Shown: positions 28,916 to 38,047 of the stretch, piece by piece | How positions within the stretch are numbered: the first letter of the stretch is position 1 | Layout: each line of letters begins with the position of its first letter | Origin: Candidatus Cloacimonadota bacterium | Lineage (GTDB): Bacteria; Cloacimonadota; Cloacimonadia; Cloacimonadales; TCS61 | Assembly (NCBI GenBank): GCA_030600585.1 | Contig: JAUVLU010000008.1 | Coordinates: 6,431 to 70,430 of the forward strand | Length of the DNA: 64,000 nucleotides | Direction of reading: 5' to 3' | The notes under the pieces: model-generated | What the model saw: only the letters and a program-made list of their open reading frames with translations | What the model was told of the DNA's origin: nothing | Database searches by the model: none | Made by a program: the position numbers and the translations under genes

Positions 28916-30016
28916 ATGAAAATAAAATATTTACTGATAACCTTAATTGTGTTCTCAATATTGTTCGGTTGCGGGAAAGAATCTGAAGAAAAATCGGAAC
29001 TTTCCAAAAAAGGAAAAAGTAATACTGGAAAGAATATTCCCGTTATGGTGGAAAAAGTACAACCTAAAAATCTGGAGCAGTTCATAAAAGTAACCGGTAA
29101 ACTGGAAGGCTGGACAGATATCGTGATGACCTCTGAAACCAGCGGAAAGATTATCGAAATTAAAAAGCATCTTGGTGATCGGGTAGCAAAAGGTGAGGAA
29201 ATCGGTAGGATAGATAATAAAGATTATGAAATTCAGGTTAAACAATCTGAAGCATCGGTTCTAGCGGCAGAAGCATCTTATGAGGCGGCAGAATTGCAAA
29301 TGCAGGCTTCCGAAAATCTGTTTAAGAATAACAGCATTTCGCAGGTGGAATATTCCCAAAGTAAAAGTGCTTTTAAAAATGCTCTTGCCGGTGTTAAGGG
29401 TGCACAAGCAGGTCTGGAAAAATCTCAAAAAGCCTACGACAATTCGTGTTTTATTGCTCCTGTTTCCGGATTTATTACAGATATTCCTATCGAGATCGGA
29501 CAGACAATTTCATTCGGACAACCGGTTTGCAGTATCGTTGATTCCAAAAAAATGATAATTAAGACCGGAGTTGGTGAAAAGGAAGTTCAGAAACTAAAGA
29601 AAGGTCAGCAAGTAACTATTTCCAACGACGGAAAGAAAGATACTTTTTATGGGAAGATCACAGGCATCGGAATTAAACCCGTTAATAATTCAGCATCGTA
29701 TCCCATCGAGATCGAAATCGATAATCCAAAGGGAAAATTACTTCCGGGAATGGTGATCGAAGCAAGCATTCTAAGTAAAGTATTCAAAGATGTTATATAC
29801 ACTTCGATGAATAATATTTTTCAGGAATATGACGATTATTTTGCTTTTGTGATAGATTCGAAAAATAAAGCAGAACGTAGGAAAGTAACTCTTGGTGAGA
29901 AAGTCGGTGAAAACGTGATCATCATAAGTGGAATAAACATCGACGAAAAACTGGTGATCGAAGGTGTGGAAAACCTGGAAGACGGTTCTGTGGTTGATAT
30001 CAGGAAAGGTTTATAA
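28916..30016 (+). CDS. Efflux RND periplasmic adaptor (membrane fusion protein, HlyD family), lipoprotein
   Basis: 366 aa with lipobox LFGC. Lipoyl/hairpin region (GKLEGWTDIVMTSETSGKIIEI, ...APVSGFITD) typical of MFPs. Confidence 0.85.
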   Translation: MKIKYLLITLIVFSILFGCGKESEEKSELSKKGKSNTGKNIPVMVEKVQPKNLEQFIKVTGKLEGWTDIVMTSETSGKIIEIKKHLGDRVAKGEEIGRIDNKDYEIQVKQSEASVLAAEASYEAAELQMQASENLFKNNSISQVEYSQSKSAFKNALAGVKGAQAGLEKSQKAYDNSCFIAPVSGFITDIPIEIGQTISFGQPVCSIVDSKKMIIKTGVGEKEVQKLKKGQQVTISNDGKKDTFYGKITGIGIKPVNNSASYPIEIEIDNPKGKLLPGMVIEASILSKVFKDVIYTSMNNIFQEYDDYFAFVIDSKNKAERRKVTLGEKVGENVIIISGINIDEKLVIEGVENLEDGSVVDIRKGL

Positions 30017-30259
30017 AACTTGAATTAAGTTTGGCTTTAGCCGGGCTTGATTTAAGTTTTAAAAGGATCACACAAAACCAAGGAATGAAACGAAATAAAA
30101 TGATAATGAGAAATGTATGCGAGCTTAATTCAAGACCTTTGATCTTAAATCAAGTTCTTCAAACTTGCAAAAGACGCAAAAAATGAAATCAACTCAAATG
30201 ATGATGGAAAGCTAAAACTTAACTCATCACAAATAAATTTGAGATAAGTCAAGTTTTGA
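30017..30259 (+). repeat. ~243-bp direct repeat, left copy (REP-dyad-rich spacer)
   Basis: Aligns with 30936-31179 with one 1-nt indel and roughly 19 mismatches by my hand alignment. It starts right after the mfp stop. Confidence 0.9.
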
Positions 30260-30354
30260 AAATTAAGGTCAGCTTGATTTAAGTTGAACACGAATGAGAC
30301 TAAAAACTTAATTCAAGACTTTCAGTCTTAAATCAAGTTTTAATTGGAGGAAAA

Positions 30355-30933
30355 ATGAGGTGTAAACAAGAATTATTTCAAGTAAATAATTACTTCCATT
30401 TTTATAATAGAGCTATTGGAAGCGAAAAATTGTTCAAACATAATGACGATTATATTACACTTTTAACAAAATTAAAAAAAGTCCTTAAAGAATATCCTGC
30501 ATCAGTTTTTGCATATTGTTTAATGCCCAACCATTTTCACTTTCTGATGAGACAAGATAGTGATAAGCCGATAAATAAATTTTTTAATAATCTATTTTCA
30601 TTTTATGTTCAAAATTTCAATAAAAAATATAATCGAAAAGGACAACTTTTTCAGGGAAAATTACAGCATAAACTTATATCAAAAGAAAAATATTTGATTC
30701 ATCTTTGTCGTTATATCCATTATAATCCTGTTAAAGCAAATCTCGTTGATAAAATTGAAGACTGGAAATTTTCCAATTATCCAGAATGGATAAATATTAG
30801 GAAAGGTTCTCTTTTTAATAAAGAATTAAGAGATGAATATTTTCTTTCGATCTCTGAATACAAAGATTCAATCAAAGATTATGGGAAATATCTGGATGAA
30901 AAAGAATTTCAAAACTTACTTTTTGACTCTTAA
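30355..30933 (+). CDS. REP-associated tyrosine transposase (RAYT; IS200/IS605-like Y1 HUH transposase)
   Basis: 192 aa with the HUH motif in AYCLMPNHFHFLM and the catalytic Tyr region CRYIHYNPVKANLV. A single gene flanked by palindromic repeats, as for RAYTs. Confidence 0.8.
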   Translation: MRCKQELFQVNNYFHFYNRAIGSEKLFKHNDDYITLLTKLKKVLKEYPASVFAYCLMPNHFHFLMRQDSDKPINKFFNNLFSFYVQNFNKKYNRKGQLFQGKLQHKLISKEKYLIHLCRYIHYNPVKANLVDKIEDWKFSNYPEWINIRKGSLFNKELRDEYFLSISEYKDSIKDYGKYLDEKEFQNLLFDS

Positions 30934-30935
30934 AA

Positions 30936-31179
30936 AACTTGAATTAAGTTCGATTTTCAGTCGGGCTTGATTTAAGTTTTAAAAGGTTCACATAAAACCA
31001 AGGAATGAAACGAAATAAAATGATAATGAGAAATGTATGCGAACTTAATTCAAGACCTTTGATCTTAAATCAAGTTCTTCAAACTTGCAAAAGACGCAAA
31101 AAATAAAATCAACTCAAATAATGATGAAAAGTCAAAACTTAACTCATCAAGAATAAATTCGAGATAAGTCAAGTTTTGA
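30936..31179 (+). repeat. ~243-bp direct repeat, right copy
   Basis: See left copy. It is followed by the AAGGAG RBS of the RND pump gene. Confidence 0.9.
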
Positions 31180-31198
31180 TAAAAAAGGAGTAAATAAA

Positions 31199-34100
31199 AT
31201 GTCTATAGCGAAGTTTTCAGTTAATAATTCTGTTTTGATAAATATGGTAATGATCGTCGTTTTCATTGTCGGTATTTACACGATGATAGAAATTCCCAAA
31301 GAAGAGATGCCGGCAGTCGATTTTGGTTCTTTCGTAATTGTTATTCTGTATCCGGGAGTATCACCTTTGGAAATGGAGCAACTTGTAATTCAGAAAATCG
31401 AAGATGAGATCGGAGATGTGGAAAATATCGATTACATCGAATCCACAGCATCGGAAGGGAAAGCAATGATCTTTATTGTTTTTGAACCTGATGCGGACAT
31501 CGATAAGGCGGAGAACGACCTGCGGGCGGAATTGGATAAAGTGCGGGATTTGCCGGATGATGCGAATGATCCCTATATGCTTCGCTTGAATATGCGGGAA
31601 GTAAACGAGATGTGTGCGGTTGTTATCGGCGGAGAATTTTCCGGAAATGCGGTCAGGGAAATTTCCGAAGATCTGCGGGAAGAACTTCTTAACATCGATT
31701 ATGTTTCCAAAATCGATATTTTTGGAACGCAGGAAAGAGAGATTTGGATAGAAGGCGATATTAACAAATTAGATGAATTCGGTTTATCGTTATCTGACCT
31801 GCAAAACACAATTCAAATGCGAAATATGAATGTTCCTGCCGGAACAATAAAATTCGGGACTGCCGAGTTCATAATTCGCACAGTTGGTGAATTCAGTAAC
31901 ACCGATCAGATCGCAAATCTCGTAATTCGGATGGACAGCAACGGACGGGCAATGCGTATTCGTGATGTTGCCACCGTAAAAGATACTTTACAAGAACGCA
32001 GCATTATTTCCAAATTAGATGGAAGTCCCAGCGTTACTTTGTTCGTTTATAAAAAAGCGGACGGCAATATTATCAAAGTGATGAAAGATGTTCGTAATAA
32101 TATGGAGAAATTCAGGGAGAACATTCCGGGACTGGAAGCAGTTATTCGTAACGATGGTTCGATCGATGTAAAAAACAGTATTAATACTCTCGGGCAAAGT
32201 GCTTTTTTCGGTGTGATCCTTGTTTTCTTTTCTCTTTTCATTTTTCTTGGTTGGAGGAATGCTCTGTTTGCTTCTATCGGTATTCCATTCAGTTTCCTGC
32301 TCACGTTTATCCTGATGCAGTATTTTGATGTTACAATGAATAACCTGACTTTATTCGGATTGGTTCTGGTATTGGGAATGATCGTGGATGATGCGATAAT
32401 TGTGCTGGAAAATGTTCATCGTTATGTGGAAATGGGATTGAATGTGAAAGATGCTGCCATCAAGGGAACTCAAGAAATTATGTGGCCCGTGATCGCTGCT
32501 GTCAGCACGACTGCTGCTGCATTTGTTCCAATGCTGATGATGGAAGGTATGATGGGAAAATTTATGAGAGTTTTCCCGATCGTAGTAACACTTGCTCTCA
32601 TCGCTTCCCTTTTTGAATGTCTCGTTATCCTGCCTTCTCATATCGCCGAATTTTCCAAACCACAGAAAAAGAAGAAACCACACAAACTTCACGATGCTCT
32701 CGTCAGGAAATACAGACGTGCAATTAAATTCGTTTTGAGACATCGGTTTTTATCTATTTTGGCAGTAGTTACGGCACTTATTCTTTCTTTGATGACAATT
32801 GCATTCCGTCTTGTTCCATTTGAATTTTTCCCGGCACAAACTCCAAAAACTATCATTTTGAGATTGCAAACTCCCGTCGGAACGAATCTCGATAAAACCA
32901 ACGAAGTGGTATCAGACATTGAAGAATTTATCTATCAAATGAAAGAAAGGGAAGACATCGAAGCTGTGGTAACGACCGTTGGAATGATGGCAAAAAATAA
33001 AAGGTGGGATACAAAAACCAATAATGCGCAATTGCGGATCGACCTGAAAGACATCAATGATATGAAATATTCTCATACCGAGATAAAGAAAGCGATCCGT
33101 TCCTACCTGGAAAAATTACCCGGATTATATACTTACCAATTTTCTAAACCTCAACAAGGTGCACCTACCGGAAACGATGTTGAAATTCGTGTGAAAGGTG
33201 ATAATCTTGAGCGTTTGAAATATATCGGGAATATCATTAAGGACGAACTGGAAAAAATCCCGGGAGTTGTGGATATCGAGGATAGTTTCCAACCCGGTAA
33301 AAAAGAAGTTCAGATCATTCCAAAACACGAAAGACTTGCACTTTACGGTTTATCGGTTTCCCAGATTGCGGGTTTTATCAGAACCGCTTCTTACGGAACA
33401 ACGATTTCAAAATACAGGGGTGACGGAACGGATGAATATGATATAATTCTTCGTTTGAAAGAAGATCAGATCGATGATTTGAATGACCTCGATAATTTGA
33501 AAATACGCACCAGAAATGGTGATTTAATAAATTTGAATGAGTTGGCAGATTTTGAAATAAAATCCGGTTTAGCGCAGATAAAGCATCGTGATAAAAAACG
33601 GATCATCGTGATCACCGGCAATACGACTTTGTATAAAGATGGGAATAAAATGAAAAAGAGAAGCACGGATGATGTTATGCAAACATTGATGGGCAGCCGC
33701 ATCACAGGCGCAGAAGGAACTCTTTCCAATTTCCAGCAGCGTTTTCCGGGACATATCCTCGAATTCGGCGGAGTGGCAGAAGAGCAGAAAAAATCTTATA
33801 CTTCGTTGTTCCTTGCCTTTGGAGTTGCACTTCTTCTGATCTTCACAATTCTCGCTGCTCAGTTCAAATCTTATGTGCAGCCGTTTATCGTGATGATGAC
33901 AATTCCTTTCTCCTTGATCGGAGTGATCTTCGGACTTCTCGTTACCGGACTTCCCGCATCTTTGAACTCGCTCGTGGCGGTAGTTGCGCTTGCCGGAGTT
34001 GTGGTGAACGATTCGCTGGTTCTCGTGGATTTTGTGAACAGGGAACGTGATAAAGGTGTGGATCGCTGGAACTCGCTGATAAATGCAGGAGCAACCCGTC

Positions 34101-34354
34101 TGCGTCCGATCATTCTGACTTCGGTTACAACTATTTTTGGTCTGATGCCGATGATACTTTCTACTTCTCAATCTGCTTCGGAATGGAAACCGATGGCTGT
34201 TAGTATTGCGTTCGGACTTGCCTTTGCCACAGTTCTTACCTTGTTTGTAATTCCTGTTATTTATTCGCTTATGGATTCATTCTTCGGCAGGATCGGTGTT
34301 ACAAGATTTAAAACGCATTTGAGTTATGATGATTGTGTGGATTGTGATGAATAA
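31199..34354 (+). CDS. RND efflux transporter permease (AcrB/HAE family)
   Basis: 1051 aa with 12-TM/2-large-loop architecture. Conserved TM4 region GLVLVLGMIVDDAIIVLEN and second-half VALAGVVVNDSLVLVDF. Confidence 0.9.
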   Translation: MSIAKFSVNNSVLINMVMIVVFIVGIYTMIEIPKEEMPAVDFGSFVIVILYPGVSPLEMEQLVIQKIEDEIGDVENIDYIESTASEGKAMIFIVFEPDADIDKAENDLRAELDKVRDLPDDANDPYMLRLNMREVNEMCAVVIGGEFSGNAVREISEDLREELLNIDYVSKIDIFGTQEREIWIEGDINKLDEFGLSLSDLQNTIQMRNMNVPAGTIKFGTAEFIIRTVGEFSNTDQIANLVIRMDSNGRAMRIRDVATVKDTLQERSIISKLDGSPSVTLFVYKKADGNIIKVMKDVRNNMEKFRENIPGLEAVIRNDGSIDVKNSINTLGQSAFFGVILVFFSLFIFLGWRNALFASIGIPFSFLLTFILMQYFDVTMNNLTLFGLVLVLGMIVDDAIIVLENVHRYVEMGLNVKDAAIKGTQEIMWPVIAAVSTTAAAFVPMLMMEGMMGKFMRVFPIVVTLALIASLFECLVILPSHIAEFSKPQKKKKPHKLHDALVRKYRRAIKFVLRHRFLSILAVVTALILSLMTIAFRLVPFEFFPAQTPKTIILRLQTPVGTNLDKTNEVVSDIEEFIYQMKEREDIEAVVTTVGMMAKNKRWDTKTNNAQLRIDLKDINDMKYSHTEIKKAIRSYLEKLPGLYTYQFSKPQQGAPTGNDVEIRVKGDNLERLKYIGNIIKDELEKIPGVVDIEDSFQPGKKEVQIIPKHERLALYGLSVSQIAGFIRTASYGTTISKYRGDGTDEYDIILRLKEDQIDDLNDLDNLKIRTRNGDLINLNELADFEIKSGLAQIKHRDKKRIIVITGNTTLYKDGNKMKKRSTDDVMQTLMGSRITGAEGTLSNFQQRFPGHILEFGGVAEEQKKSYTSLFLAFGVALLLIFTILAAQFKSYVQPFIVMMTIPFSLIGVIFGLLVTGLPASLNSLVAVVALAGVVVNDSLVLVDFVNRERDKGVDRWNSLINAGATRLRPIILTSVTTIFGLMPMILSTSQSASEWKPMAVSIAFGLAFATVLTLFVIPVIYSLMDSFFGRIGVTRFKTHLSYDDCVDCDE

Positions 34355-34625
34355 AACCTTCCGAACGGTCTCTACCAGCGGTATTCTTCTTGCTTGACCT
34401 TCGGAACGGTTGAAATAGTTGAATCAGGCTTTGTTTTACTACGCCGTGTCAAGAAGGCGCTAAGAACGGAAAGGAAAGTAAAAAAACTAGACTTCTTCGG
34501 CAACTGCCGAATACGTCCGAGCAAGCGGAGAGTACGGAGAGAAAATTTAGTTTAATAGCCCAGCCGTTCACGGCTGGGAATGGATTGAGTGAGCTTTCTC
34601 ATTCCCAATTTTTCAGTTACCGGCT

Positions 34626-34664
34626 AACCCTGAAATTGCTAAATGGAAGATAAATTGAGAGAAG
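34626..34664 (+). repeat. AACCCTGAAATTGCTAAATG..ATAAATTGAGAGAAG repeat, copy 1
   Basis: Near-identical to 36741-36779 and related to 36891-36928. A fragment (aatttgagagaag) is also at 615-627. Confidence 0.8.
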
Positions 34665-34702
34665 CGAAAGTTAAGCAAGAGAATCTCAGCGATCGATTTA
34701 TT

Positions 34703-35329
34703 TTATAAATCCTCTTGGATTTTCTTCATGCTTTCAATTGAATTTTGTTGATCCTCATCTTTTTTCAATTTTTCAGCTATCATATCTGTGTAAAAAATTC
34801 TAACTTCATTAATGCCCTCAATGATTTTAATTTTTTTATTTTTATCAATAAATATATAGTTATCACTATCTCCTAAAACTGGTTTTTCAGAAAAAATTCT
34901 ACCTTTAAAAGAATTCATGTACAACATTGATAATTGCATCTTTAGTATTTCATTAGAAAGCAATTCTTCAGAAGTTACTAATAAGAACAATTGAATCAAT
35001 TTCCCATCAAAAAATTCAGATCCTAATGTAGCATGAGCTTTCCACTTTGTATAACCTTCATCAACATCAAAAATATACACATAGTTATTTTTTTTGTTAA
35101 CTTTGAGTTTACCTTTTCGCTCGAGTTTATTTAAATGTGAGTTGAATTCCTTTTTAGTCATACCAAATCTGAAATCTAAGAATATTGTATCACTTCTTAT
35201 ACTTGTTGCTAATTCTGATTCAATAAATGATTCCATCTCTCTTTTTTCTTTTTGTTCATTGTATTCTTCACAACTGATTAATAAAAATAATATAGTAAAT
35301 ATTGAGCATAAAATAATTAGTTCTTTCAT
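34703..35329 (-). CDS. Hypothetical lipoprotein
   Basis: 208 aa with lipobox LLISC. Very AT-rich. Its 4-nt overlap with the upstream gene suggests an operon. Confidence 0.5.
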   Translation of the reverse strand: MKELIILCSIFTILFLLISCEEYNEQKEKREMESFIESELATSIRSDTIFLDFRFGMTKKEFNSHLNKLERKGKLKVNKKNNYVYIFDVDEGYTKWKAHATLGSEFFDGKLIQLFLLVTSEELLSNEILKMQLSMLYMNSFKGRIFSEKPVLGDSDNYIFIDKNKKIKIIEGINEVRIFYTDMIAEKLKKDEDQQNSIESMKKIQEDL

Positions 35330-35937
35330 GTTTTACTCCTTTCATACAATTGTATTGCTTTTTCTAATCTTTTCTTTTCAGTAATTATCCCAAAACTTTT
35401 GTTGTAAATAATCCATCCGGCATGATTCTTTACATTTTCTCCAGATATTGAAGCTTCATAAATTCTTTTCTTATCGTTTTCATTTGCATTTGTTAAACAT
35501 TTTTCAAGATACTTAATATGAAGTGGATCTTTTAATTTTATGTGATTTTCAATAATTCTAATTTCTTTATCATAACTTTTTTGTTTCCTATATAATATCG
35601 CTAATCTGTCAAAAGCATGAGAAGGAAATCTGTTAAGTCTTTCGTAATGCTCATTGATATAACTGATGCATTTCTGATAACAAAATATGGCTTTATTAAG
35701 ATCATTGTTTTTCTCTGAATCTATACCATCGTTGTTGAATTTAGTTATTGGACTCCATAATTTTTCCCATTCTTTATTCTCTTTTATTTGTATGGTACGC
35801 TTTTGTTTAATATAATCTAAGAAAGGATCGTTACTATTTGCAATATTGGATTTTGTTTTGGTGTTTTTGTTAGGTGAGCTTTTAATAGCTACAGCGAATA
35901 TTATAATGAACAAAATGATAACTAATATTATTTCCAT
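35326..35937 (-). CDS. Hypothetical membrane-anchored protein (helical-repeat-like)
   Basis: 203 aa with an N-terminal TM helix and a Lys-rich linker. No confident family assignment. Confidence 0.45.
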   Translation of the reverse strand: MEIILVIILFIIIFAVAIKSSPNKNTKTKSNIANSNDPFLDYIKQKRTIQIKENKEWEKLWSPITKFNNDGIDSEKNNDLNKAIFCYQKCISYINEHYERLNRFPSHAFDRLAILYRKQKSYDKEIRIIENHIKLKDPLHIKYLEKCLTNANENDKKRIYEASISGENVKNHAGWIIYNKSFGIITEKKRLEKAIQLYERSKT

Positions 35938-35962
35938 TTTATTCTTTCTCCTCTATTCATAA

Positions 35963-36562
35963 TTAGAATTTATACGAAACCCCAATGTAATCAATATCTG
36001 AATAAATTTCAACTTTCTCAAGTGCAATAAATGTGTTTAATATACTAACCCCGAGAAATGTCCAACCAAATAATAATTTTTTATCTTTTTCATTTTTTAA
36101 ATATTTGGGAACAATTATATTATCATTTTTAAGTTCTTCTATGTATTTGCTAAGTTCATTATAATCATCAAAATACTCATAACATAAAAAACCAAATCCG
36201 AAACTTAAAGGAAGGAGTTTTAAATTTGGTCTGTGAAATTGTCTTTTTTCATTTATTGTTAGAATCCGTCCATTCATAGCATTGATGTCATACTTCATTA
36301 CTTTGGGAAATTGTAATAGATTTATTTTTTGCCTTGAGGGTTTACTAAACATTCTTGCTTCTTGATTATTCTTAATATCAATACTTTCAACAATATTTCT
36401 ATCAATCATCACTAATGTTTGATCCACAAGTATGTAATAACAACTTTTTTTAAACAATAAAAGCTCTCCATTGAGTTGGCTTCCATTTTTCAATGTAATA
36501 TTTAAAGTATATAAATTGGCTATTGAAAATAGCAATAATAATATTATCAAAAGTCTTTTCAC
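35963..36562 (-). CDS. Hypothetical secreted/membrane protein
   Basis: 199 aa with a GGAGGAG RBS and a signal peptide. It ends ..GVSYKF (aromatic C-terminus as in many OM proteins). Function unknown. Confidence 0.45.
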   Translation of the reverse strand: MKRLLIILLLLFSIANLYTLNITLKNGSQLNGELLLFKKSCYYILVDQTLVMIDRNIVESIDIKNNQEARMFSKPSRQKINLLQFPKVMKYDINAMNGRILTINEKRQFHRPNLKLLPLSFGFGFLCYEYFDDYNELSKYIEELKNDNIIVPKYLKNEKDKKLLFGWTFLGVSILNTFIALEKVEIYSDIDYIGVSYKF

Positions 36563-36740
36563 TTCTCCTCCTTTTCAATAAGCTTAATTCATTTTTCTGT
36601 TTCGTTTCTTATATTTTATTAAAACTATTATATTAAATAAAATTTTATATAATTCTGTGTCAAATCATTTTCCCCTATATTTTCATAAGTGTAAAATAAT
36701 CCTTGCGATATTTTTATTGATTTTTTAATTTTTTTCAGCC

Positions 36741-36779
36741 AACCCTGAAATTGCTAAATGTATGATAAATTTAGAGAAG
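36741..36779 (+). repeat. AACCCTGAAATTGCTAAATG..ATAAATTTAGAGAAG repeat, copy 2
   Basis: Direct repeat of 34626-34664. The two copies bracket the three-gene AT-rich block. Confidence 0.8.
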
Positions 36780-36787
36780 TGGTCAAA

Positions 36788-36881
36788 ACTTGAGTTAAGT
36801 TTGCTTTAACTGACTTGACTTAAGCTTTCTATCTAACAGAAAACAGATAACTTAACTCAAGACTATCGTCTTAAATCAAGT
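36788..36881. repeat. REP-dyad cluster (ACTTGAGTTAAGT, ACTTGACTTAAGC, ACTTAACTCAAG, CTTAAATCAAGT)
   Basis: Two plus-oriented and two minus-oriented copies of the CTTGA-N-TTAAG dyad, the same organisation as beside the RAYT gene. Confidence 0.75.
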
Positions 36882-36890
36882 TTCTCTTTT

Positions 36891-36942
36891 AACCCTGAAA
36901 GAGCCAAATGCAAGAATTTGAGAAAGAGACTTTTTCAGGGTT
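36891..36942. repeat. Third, diverged copy of the AACCCTGAAA repeat, forming a hairpin with TTTCAGGGTT across the ATP-grasp stop codon
   Basis: AACCCTGAAA (36891-36900) and TTTCAGGGTT (36933-36942) are perfect inverted repeats. Confidence 0.7.
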
Positions 36943-38047
36943 TCACCGGCACAAAAAAATCATTGAACTCGGTTTTGAGAAAACGCTGTAAAGATGTTGA
37001 ACAATTATCTTTTACATAAGCAATAGAAAATACCGGATTCTGTTTGTAGTCGATTTCAACATAATGAAGTATGTCTCCCAAATAATGCAGGTATGCTTCA
37101 TCATTTGGCGTATGAGTTTCAACATCGATATCAGTTCCATTATATCCCAAAACCCACCCAAAATGATTCTCATTTCTTATGTTCCATATCTGTTGCCAGT
37201 CAGGTTTATAATTGTTAAAGAATGCCAAAAAGGGATTAAAACCAAAAGCATGGAATGTGAGATCTGCCAAGCCAAATCCACCGTATCTGAGCGGATTCAT
37301 CTCGATGGGAATAAGAGTGTTGTTTTCTAATTTGAATTCTGCATGAATGGGAAAATTTGTAATCTTCAAATGTTGGTTCAACTCTATAAATATTGCATTT
37401 AGTCTATCGTAAAATCTATCGAAAATATCTTTATTTGTATAATACAAAACATGAAAATATTCTTTTCTTTCTGGCAACGGATGATGATAAATATTCATGA
37501 TCTCAGGTTTGCCATGTTCATTGAAATACATATCCACAGCATATTCTTCACCTTCTACGAATTGTTCAATTATCAGTTCATTTTTAGAAAGGATACTTTC
37601 CGAAAAATAACAGGAATTTTCTTCCAGTTCATTGCGTATCTCTTTCGCAATCTCAGAGATGTCAGTTTTATTATTCAGCTCTTTTACGGCAGTTCCAAAA
37701 AAACCTTTGGTTGGTTTTACAATATATTTCTTTTCTCGATCCAGTTTGATTTTTTCCAGTTCGTCGATCGTGGTTTTAGTAAAGAAAAAATCCGGATATA
37801 GATTGCTCATCAGTTGACGGAATTTATGTTTGTCTTTAAGCATATTCACGGTATTTGTAAAAGTTGTATCCTCCGATCTTTCAAGTATGATTTCAAGTGC
37901 GCTTTCAGTGGGAGCATATACCTTATCACAGGTTTTTATGATCATATTAGAATTCTTGAATTCATCTTCGGTTAGAATATTCACAGTTGCATCTGCCTGT
38001 GTTACAAGATCGGAAATATATCCTTTTCCTGTGATAATATAATTCAT
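36935..38047 (-). CDS. ATP-grasp domain protein (carboxylate-amine ligase-like)
   Basis: 370 aa. KYIVKPTKGFFGTAV, IIEQFVEGEEYAVDMYF and a later IPIEMNPLRYGG segment resemble the ATP-grasp fold. Substrate unknown. Confidence 0.55.
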   Translation of the reverse strand: MNYIITGKGYISDLVTQADATVNILTEDEFKNSNMIIKTCDKVYAPTESALEIILERSEDTTFTNTVNMLKDKHKFRQLMSNLYPDFFFTKTTIDELEKIKLDREKKYIVKPTKGFFGTAVKELNNKTDISEIAKEIRNELEENSCYFSESILSKNELIIEQFVEGEEYAVDMYFNEHGKPEIMNIYHHPLPERKEYFHVLYYTNKDIFDRFYDRLNAIFIELNQHLKITNFPIHAEFKLENNTLIPIEMNPLRYGGFGLADLTFHAFGFNPFLAFFNNYKPDWQQIWNIRNENHFGWVLGYNGTDIDVETHTPNDEAYLHYLGDILHYVEIDYKQNPVFSIAYVKDNCSTSLQRFLKTEFNDFFVPVKP

